NCBI RefSeq assembly: GCF_000011325.1
Contig: NC_003450.3
Coordinates: forward strand, 30,001 to 62,000
From: Corynebacterium glutamicum ATCC 13032
GTDB taxonomy: Bacteria; Actinomycetota; Actinomycetes; Mycobacteriales; Mycobacteriaceae
DNA length: 32,000 bases
Direction of reading: 5' to 3'
Below, piece after piece: positions 25,626 through 32,000 of this stretch; the first letter of the stretch is position 1; each line of letters opens with the position of its first letter. The notes under the pieces are model-generated. The model searched no databases. It was not told the origin of the DNA and worked only from the letters and a program-made list of their open reading frames with translations. Made by a program: the position numbers and the translations under genes.

Positions 25626-26372
25626 TTATAAAAGCTCCAAGCCGAGCACGAACACGCCCATGACCAGCACGAACACCCCGAACCCTTTGCGGAGCAAAGT
25701 CTCAGGCACGCGCCCCGCAAGGCGCGAACCGGCAAGCGAACCGACGATGGCGGCCGCAGTCACCATCAGCACCAGCCCCCAATCCAGCTGCACGCTGGTC
25801 AGATACCCGGCAAGCCCCGCAAACGACTTCATCGTGATCACCACCAACGACGTGCCCACAGCCACCGGCATCGACAGCCCGCCGAGCAGCGCCAGCGCCG
25901 GCACCACCAAAAAGCCGCCGCCCGCACCAACAAGCCCGGTCACCGCGCCGACCACCAGGCCATCAACAAGGACGCGCCAAAGAGAGCTTTTCGACGCCCC
26001 CTTCTTCTGCTTACGCCCCCGCAACATCGCAGTCGACGTGGCGATCATCATGAGCGCAAACGCGATCATCAAAATCGTGCCAGGAATGTAGCCCCCGAGA
26101 ACGCCACCGCCAAACGCGCCAACCATGCCCGCGGCACCAAACAGCAGGCCAGTCTTCCACCGGACCCGCCCATTTCTTGCGTGACTAATGGCACTGACCA
26201 GCGACGTTGTGCCCACAATAAACAGCGAGGCGGCAATAGCTTCACGAGGCTCCAACCCCGCCACATACGTCAGAATTGGAACAGTGAGGATCGAACCACC
26301 ACCGCCCAACAGTCCTAGCGAAATGCCAATAAAAAGAGATAGAAAAAGAGTGAGGAGCAAAACGGCGGTCAT
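25626..26372 (-). CDS. TauE/SafE (TSUP) family sulfite/sulfonate exporter
   Basis: Polytopic ORF with Gly-rich repeats (LLGGGGSILTVP, GLVGAGGGFLVVP). Preferred start is ATG 26372 (MTAVLLL) with AGGAAG upstream; the track start at 26417 would overlap the upstream rhodanese gene. Confidence 0.8.
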   Translation of the reverse strand: MTAVLLLTLFLSLFIGISLGLLGGGGSILTVPILTYVAGLEPREAIAASLFIVGTTSLVSAISHARNGRVRWKTGLLFGAAGMVGAFGGGVLGGYIPGTILMIAFALMMIATSTAMLRGRKQKKGASKSSLWRVLVDGLVVGAVTGLVGAGGGFLVVPALALLGGLSMPVAVGTSLVVITMKSFAGLAGYLTSVQLDWGLVLMVTAAAIVGSLAGSRLAGRVPETLLRKGFGVFVLVMGVFVLGLELL

Positions 26373-26382
26373 TGGGGACTTC

Positions 26383-26676
26383 CTACTTAATCGGCAGATT
26401 GTTTTGGTACCACGCACTCATTCCGCCAGTCATAGAGTACGCGGTATATCCCGCCTGTTTAAGTGCATTTGCCACCTGTGTACTGCGGTTACCGCTGCGG
26501 CACACCACAATGACCGGCCGATTCTGATCTAGCTCTTTGAAGCGAAAGTTGAGCTCACCCATGGGAATATGTACTGCCTCGGGGATTATGCCCTCGGCAA
26601 TTTCAAAATTTTCGCGCACATCCAGGATCTGATCCAAATTTCGGCGCTTGTTAGTTTCAGTAATGGTGATAGACAT
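26383..26676 (-). CDS. Single-domain rhodanese sulfurtransferase
   Basis: 97-aa ORF with active-site loop CRSGNRS. Its start codon directly abuts the stop of the upstream gene. Confidence 0.85.
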   Translation of the reverse strand: MSITITETNKRRNLDQILDVRENFEIAEGIIPEAVHIPMGELNFRFKELDQNRPVIVVCRSGNRSTQVANALKQAGYTAYSMTGGMSAWYQNNLPIK

Positions 26677-27270
26677 TTAGTTCTCCTTAGGGCTTGGAAG
26701 CTTGCTCAATGTCTCGGTTTCGGTAGGAACTGGCTTAGTTTTATTCCACGGCAAGGCGGACAGAGCTTTGCCCATGGCACAGGTGTTGGAAACGCCAGAA
26801 AATGTCAGACCCGCACCAATAATTCCCGACAGGGTGCGAACTTTTGGTGAAAGGAATTTACCTCCCGCAAGCCCTGCGAGCACCAATGATCCAGCGGCAA
26901 AACGCACCTGACGTTCGATATCCCACACCTGGGTTCCGCGGACCACATCACCGTCAGCCTTAGCAAAACTATTGATGCCACCCTCCAAAACAGCCACGGT
27001 GGAAATTCCCAAAGGTGCCAGCTTTTGTTGTGCCTGACCTGCTCGAATGCCGGATTGACACACCAAAACAACATGTTCTCCAACACGAGAGGAAATCTCT
27101 TCGGAATGCTCAGCAAGTGTAGTTAGAGGCACGTTGTAAGAGCCTTTAATGTGCAAATTTGAAAACTCATGTGCAGTGCGGACGTCAATGACGGTGAGTC
27201 CTTCATGCTTATCGATCCACGATTTTAGAGTCTGTGCATCTACGGAAGTAATCGGTTGAGCGGAAGTCAT
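26677..27270 (-). CDS. Rhodanese domain fused to a YgaP-like (DUF2892) membrane domain
   Basis: Active-site loop CQSGIRA. C-terminal hydrophobic region with GAGLTFSGVSNTCAMG, typical of the YgaP/DUF2892 module. Confidence 0.75.
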   Translation of the reverse strand: MTSAQPITSVDAQTLKSWIDKHEGLTVIDVRTAHEFSNLHIKGSYNVPLTTLAEHSEEISSRVGEHVVLVCQSGIRAGQAQQKLAPLGISTVAVLEGGINSFAKADGDVVRGTQVWDIERQVRFAAGSLVLAGLAGGKFLSPKVRTLSGIIGAGLTFSGVSNTCAMGKALSALPWNKTKPVPTETETLSKLPSPKEN

Positions 27271-27297
27271 ACCTTGTCCTTTTCAATCTCAAAGTGA

Positions 27298-27654
<357 letters not shown>

Positions 27655-27693
27655 CTATGGCCTAGTTCAGGGCGTTTGGGTGTTTCGGGCGTC

Positions 27694-27803
27694 AAGGGGC
27701 GACTTCACGTGTGCTGACTTCTCATGCTCAACTTCTTATCCTCGGCTTCGCTGGGAAAGCCCGGGTTTACCTAACGAAGTCGGCGACGTGAAGTCGTCCT
27801 TTT
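27694..27803 (+). other. Long imperfect hairpin followed by a T run; possible terminator or structured RNA downstream of the repressor gene
   Basis: Arms aaggggcgacttcacgtgtgctgacttc (27694-27721) and gaagtcggcgacgtgaagtcgtcctt (27776-27801). They form an 11-bp and a 6-bp perfect block, followed by tttt. Confidence 0.5.
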
Positions 27804-27824
27804 GATTAGGTGTTTAAGTTCGAG

Positions 27825-27997
27825 ACCTTTAGTTCGATTTCACGGTACCGATTTCGCAAGTTCGATACCTTGGCGCTCAATTTCTTAAGAGCGATTTCGG
27901 TCGGTTTTTGGCGTTTTTCCTAGTGGTCTCGAAGGTAAGAAATTGAGGATGCGAAACTGTAAATGCGAAATCGCTGTTGAGAAATCGAACTTTAGGT
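27825..27997. repeat. Large imperfect inverted repeat (~63-bp arms) with three conserved blocks
   Basis: The left arm 27825-27887 and the reverse complement of the right arm 27936-27997 share, in order, agttcgatttc, cgatttcgca and ctcaatttctta. Confidence 0.6.
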
Positions 27998-28086
27998 AAC
28001 CGGCGGGAGCTGAACCTTTTCAAAACCTCTCAAAACCGGGAGCCCCCGCTCTAACCCCCACTAGGTGCACTGATACCTTTGCACTA

Positions 28087-28944
28087 ATGAGAACTGTTTT
28101 TCAATTGGTGCAGGATTTCCACAAGGAAGCTAGGGGAGAGGGGCTTCCAATCAAGTGGGGTCCATCGCGTGGAGAATTTGGCATGCTGGAGTTTCCTGCA
28201 GATGTCATTCCCGAGAACATCAAACACATTGCGCAGACAAAGTTCCAGACTGAAGCAACTTCGGTGGAGGATATTCGTCGTGCGATTAACCTGCTGAGTG
28301 ATCAGGCGGAGCGTGCGGGTGCGTCCTTTAATCCTGGTTTCATTCTTGCGCAGGTGGGCTCCACCATCGTGGAGGTTTATGGCGGTGCTCCGGTTGCTTG
28401 GCTGGATGCGGTTGAGCTGTTGATTAGTCCTGATGTGGAGTGGGTTGGGGTTCATGGCTCAAGGAAGCTCGATATTAATGTCAGCGGAGAATTGTCCGGG
28501 GTGATTTCTGCTGGTGACAAGTTGGGTGAACTGCTTGGCGATGATTGGACAATCAACATTGTTCACGGCGAGTACAAAATCCAGATCGAAGATGCTCGAC
28601 CAAGTACTGCATTCCTTGCGGACGCGACTGAACTGATTAATCAGGCAAACTCTGAGATTGTTCCGTTCCATGTTCGGATGCTCAGCAACTCGAAAATTGT
28701 GATGTCTGGCTTTAGTGATTATTCACTAGCGGGTGATGCGATTACATCTGCGGGAAAACTGGCTGAATTGGCGAGGCCTTTTGCCCACTGGAAAGAAAAC
28801 GTCATTCCTACGATAGAAATAGCCATGGACTATGAACCATCACCGGTGGCAGATCTTTGGCAGGGAGATTCTTCGGAGACACCTGAGCCTTTCGACGATT
28901 TTGAGCGCTTATTGCGGGAAGAAATGCTTATTCCTGAGATTTAG
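28087..28944 (+). CDS. Hypothetical protein (285 aa), acidic C-terminus, no recognised domain
   Basis: Long clean ORF with GC-typical codon usage. No motif recognised. Confidence 0.6.
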   Translation: MRTVFQLVQDFHKEARGEGLPIKWGPSRGEFGMLEFPADVIPENIKHIAQTKFQTEATSVEDIRRAINLLSDQAERAGASFNPGFILAQVGSTIVEVYGGAPVAWLDAVELLISPDVEWVGVHGSRKLDINVSGELSGVISAGDKLGELLGDDWTINIVHGEYKIQIEDARPSTAFLADATELINQANSEIVPFHVRMLSNSKIVMSGFSDYSLAGDAITSAGKLAELARPFAHWKENVIPTIEIAMDYEPSPVADLWQGDSSETPEPFDDFERLLREEMLIPEI

Positions 28945-29090
28945 CTGGTCATAGACCTGCTGTTTTCCTATAAGGGTAGATGGCAGGTAAACAAACTCTT
29001 AATTTAATGAGACGTAAGTAGTTGATAGTTAGGGGAAATACTCCCAAATCCTCACAGGAAACGCTCTGAATTCTTTCAAAAAAATGTTTC

Positions 29091-29933
29091 ATGCTTATTG
29101 GCATGAGCAATCAAACAGTCAATCAAGCAGTGTCGTCAGGGGTGAAAGCATCCCCGCACAGGTTCAATCGTTTTGAAATCAAATACTTGATTACAGAGCA
29201 AGATGTACCTGCACTCCGCGAGCAGTTGGCAACGAGGATGAGCACGGATCCGCTTTCCCCACCCGGAGGCTACCGAGTGGAATCCCTTTACTTCGATTCA
29301 GCCGATTTACGGTGCTACACCGAAAAGATCGAGGGTCTGAAATTCCGAAGGAAACTACGGATCCGTACCTACGGTGATGGAGTGCTCACTCCAGAATCCA
29401 CCGTGTCGGTAGAGATCAAGCAGCGGGTTAACAAAGTAACTCAAAAGCGTCGGCTGGATTTGCCCTTTATATATGCGCTCGCCCTGGGCGATAGCACGGG
29501 CGCCGCGGTAGGCGAGCAGGTGGACGTCGAGAAGCTTCTTGAAATCTCTCCGGAAAACCAGCACGCTTTGATTCACGAAATGGCGTCGTTTGCTAAAAAT
29601 TATCGGCTGCGACCCATCGCCACCACGAAGTATCACCGCGAGGCATTCGTCGGCGCTGATGCGGAGGAAAGTTCGCGAGTCACCATTGACCACGGTGTTT
29701 CAGGCCGTGATCGTGATTTTCTGCTTGGCCAAGACCTTGAAGACCGCCCAACGGTGGCGCAAGGATTGGCAGTCGTGGAAATCAAATGCGATGAACGCGT
29801 GCCGTTTTGGCTCACTGATATGACTGCTCAACTGGAAATGTCCGTGATTCGGATGTCCAAATACTGCGAAACCATCGAAGCGTTTCACAACCGTCCGGCA
29901 TCAGCTTTCGGCGCTGTCGACCCCATCTTCTAA
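29091..29933 (+). CDS. VTC-domain protein (polyphosphate-polymerase-like triphosphate tunnel fold)
   Basis: Strand motifs with alternating charged residues typical of the VTC/CYTH tunnel (RFEIKYLI, YRVESLYFDS, KFRRKLRIRTY, VSVEIKQR, AVVEIKCD). Alternative start ATG 29106. Confidence 0.75.
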   Translation: MLIGMSNQTVNQAVSSGVKASPHRFNRFEIKYLITEQDVPALREQLATRMSTDPLSPPGGYRVESLYFDSADLRCYTEKIEGLKFRRKLRIRTYGDGVLTPESTVSVEIKQRVNKVTQKRRLDLPFIYALALGDSTGAAVGEQVDVEKLLEISPENQHALIHEMASFAKNYRLRPIATTKYHREAFVGADAEESSRVTIDHGVSGRDRDFLLGQDLEDRPTVAQGLAVVEIKCDERVPFWLTDMTAQLEMSVIRMSKYCETIEAFHNRPASAFGAVDPIF

Positions 29934-29951
29934 ACAAGAAAGGCCCCTCCA

Positions 29952-30665
29952 ATGTTGAGCGATCTGAGCTCCATTTTTGACTTCCAAGACCTCTCCGGCA
30001 CCTTCTCTGTCGTCGACGTTCTCATCACTTTGGTCTTGTCCTTCGTCCTGACCTCCATCGTGGGTGTGGTGTACCAAAAGACCCACCGCCACATCTCCTA
30101 CAGCCAGTCATTCGTACAAACGTTGGTGCTGGTGGGAATGGTCATTGCAATCATCATGCTGGTGGTCGGCTCCAACATTGCACGTGCATTCGCCCTGGTT
30201 GGCGCGCTTTCGGTGATTCGATTCCGCAACGCAGTGAAAGAAACCCGAGATGTGGGCTTCCTTTTCCTTGCCATGGCAATCGGCATGACTTGCGGTACCC
30301 GCTTCTACGTTCTGGCGATCGCTGCAACCATCGTTGTCTGTGGCGTTCTGTTCATCATGTACCGCTTCGACTGGTTCAAGGCTGATATCCAGCGCCAGGT
30401 CATCAAGGTGCAGGTCCCAGCCGATGGACAAGCTGATTCCGGCAGGTCCTACGCAGAAGAAGTTGAACTGATCCTCGCACAGTACTGCACTTCCTTTGAG
30501 ATGATGTCCGCTGAATCTGTCCGCGGCGGAGCCCTGACCGAGTTCTCCTACACCGCTCAAATGCGCAAGAACGTGAAGCCACATGAGCTGGTCGCCAAGA
30601 TGCGCGATGTGAACTACGGCCAAAAAGCGACTGTCCTGACCGGTCACGATCAAACGGATGTATAG
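29952..30665 (+). CDS. DUF4956-family integral membrane protein
   Basis: About 4-5 TM helices followed by a soluble tail of ~80 aa. AGAAAGG precedes the ATG. Canonical partner of bacterial VTC-domain and CotH genes. Confidence 0.7.
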   Translation: MLSDLSSIFDFQDLSGTFSVVDVLITLVLSFVLTSIVGVVYQKTHRHISYSQSFVQTLVLVGMVIAIIMLVVGSNIARAFALVGALSVIRFRNAVKETRDVGFLFLAMAIGMTCGTRFYVLAIAATIVVCGVLFIMYRFDWFKADIQRQVIKVQVPADGQADSGRSYAEEVELILAQYCTSFEMMSAESVRGGALTEFSYTAQMRKNVKPHELVAKMRDVNYGQKATVLTGHDQTDV

Positions 30666-30668
30666 AAA

Positions 30669-32000
30669 ATGCCTAGCTTTAAATCTGCTCGATGGAGGAT
30701 GAACAGACGCCTCTTCCTAGGAACTTCCGCAGCTATCATCGCTGTCGGTGGCGTGCTCGGTGGAGTGCAGGTTGTACCTTATATTTCCTCTGGTGAAATC
30801 CAAACGTCAGCATCATCGACTGCCACGATCGATGTCGGTGCAGGCAATGTCGATATTTTTGATACCTCCGTTTCCCATGAAATCAGCCTGCAGGTTTCGC
30901 AGGAAAGCCTCGATGAGATGCTCGCGGACTATCAAGAAGACGGTTCCAAAACCTGGGTGAAAGCAACCATCACGATTGATGGCGTGACCATTGAAAACGT
31001 CGGCATCCGCCTCAAGGGCAACTCCACGCTGTCCGGGTTGGGTCGAACATCTGAAGAAGGCGGACCTCAGGCACCAGAAGGCGTCGAAGAGTTTACAGAT
31101 CTCAGTGAAGAGGAAATCGCCCAGTTTGAGGAACAGTTCGCGGCGCAGCAAGAGACTACTGACGCTTCAGAGACCGGTGAAACTGCGGAAAATGAAGAGA
31201 CTCGCGGCCCCGGCGGTGGCATGGGTGGTGGCGGCATGGGTGGCATGACTTCGGTCGATGCCGACGATGTCAGCACCTGGCCACTTCTGATCAGCTTCGA
31301 CAAATACGAAGACGGCCGCGTCTACCAAGGCATGACCCAACTGGCACTACGCCCCGGCACCACCGTGGTCAACGAAGCAATGGCGCTGGCCCTGACCGCA
31401 GAAACCGGCCAGGTCTCGCAGCAATCCAGCTTCACAACGTTTTCGCTTAACGACGAGCCCTCCACCACTCGACTCCTTTTGAAGCACCCCGATGAAAATT
31501 ATGCCGACGCGCTCGGCAACGGAGTCCTCTTCAAAGCAGATTCCAACAGTTCCTTCACCTACCAAGGCGAAGACCAAACTGAATACGACGGACAGTTCAA
31601 GCAGATCAACGGTGACGGCAACGGAGACATCCAACCGATCATCAACCTGCTGAAATGGCTCGACACCGCAAGCGATGAAGAGTTTGCTGAACACCTCTCT
31701 GACTACGTCGATGTGGAAAGCTTTGCTCGCTACGTTGCCACTCAAAACCTGTTGGTAAATTCCGACGACATGGCTGGTCCCGGTAGTAATTACTACCTGT
31801 GGTACGACTACGACACCGGCCTGATCAGCGTGATCTCTTGGGATTTGAACCTCGCAATGTCCGGCTCAACTGATGCTGGCCCAGATGATGAAATCTCCAT
31901 GGGCGGAGGTGGCGGTGGCGGAATGCGTCCTGGTGGAACGACCGACACTGAAATTGAAGGTACTGCGACCGAGGATATGCCTGACATGGGCAATATGCAG
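30669..32000 (+). CDS. CotH-family atypical protein kinase homologue with an N-terminal twin-arginine signal/anchor; 3' end outside the window
   Basis: My translation of frame 3 is open from ATG 30669 to the window end (444 codons). N-terminus MPSFKSARWRMNRRLFLGTSAAIIAVGG. CotH blocks VKATITIDGVTIENVGIRLKGNST and NYYLWYDYDTGLISVISWDLNLA. This ORF is absent from the track because it has no stop in the window. Confidence 0.8.
   Translation, partial: MPSFKSARWRMNRRLFLGTSAAIIAVGGVLGGVQVVPYISSGEIQTSASSTATIDVGAGNVDIFDTSVSHEISLQVSQESLDEMLADYQEDGSKTWVKATITIDGVTIENVGIRLKGNSTLSGLGRTSEEGGPQAPEGVEEFTDLSEEEIAQFEEQFAAQQETTDASETGETAENEETRGPGGGMGGGGMGGMTSVDADDVSTWPLLISFDKYEDGRVYQGMTQLALRPGTTVVNEAMALALTAETGQVSQQSSFTTFSLNDEPSTTRLLLKHPDENYADALGNGVLFKADSNSSFTYQGEDQTEYDGQFKQINGDGNGDIQPIINLLKWLDTASDEEFAEHLSDYVDVESFARYVATQNLLVNSDDMAGPGSNYYLWYDYDTGLISVISWDLNLAMSGSTDAGPDDEISMGGGGGGGMRPGGTTDTEIEGTATEDMPDMGNMQ

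Overview
This is a high-GC actinobacterial chromosome window. Gene order and protein sequences fit Corynebacterium glutamicum or a close relative, in the origin-proximal region; that call is from memory and cannot be verified here. Content, left to right: the 3' end of a metal-type ABC ATPase; a three-gene sugar ABC transporter; a charged membrane-anchored hypothetical; cyclophilin ppiA; a rhomboid protease; a 570-bp convergent intergenic region packed with DnaA boxes; an AraC-family regulator with an odd architecture; a siderophore-type ABC permease, ATPase and flavoreductase with no binding protein; a repeat-filled intergenic region; crgA; the conserved cell-wall and signalling operon fhaA-fhaB-ppp-rodA-pbpA-pknA-pknB on the minus strand; tRNA-Leu(CAG); a low-GC islet of 2-3 orphan genes; gabD next to two decayed aromatic-catabolism gene fragments; a cst-like persulfide/sulfite cluster (MBL-rhodanese fusion, TauE, two rhodaneses, a CsoR/CstR-family repressor) with four GC-rich operator palindromes; a 430-bp intergenic region of long imperfect inverted repeats; an orphan 285-aa gene; and a VTC-domain / DUF4956 / CotH-kinase operon that runs off the window. 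The best candidates for undescribed biology are (1) the non-oriC DnaA-box cluster, (2) the VTC-DUF4956-CotH module whose CotH protein carries a Tat-type signal, (3) the cst-like regulon with a His-less CsoR-family sensor, and (4) two repeat- and hairpin-rich intergenic regions. No CRISPR array, transposase, integrase or rRNA was seen. Most other ORFs in the six-frame track are antisense shadow ORFs typical of GC-rich DNA.
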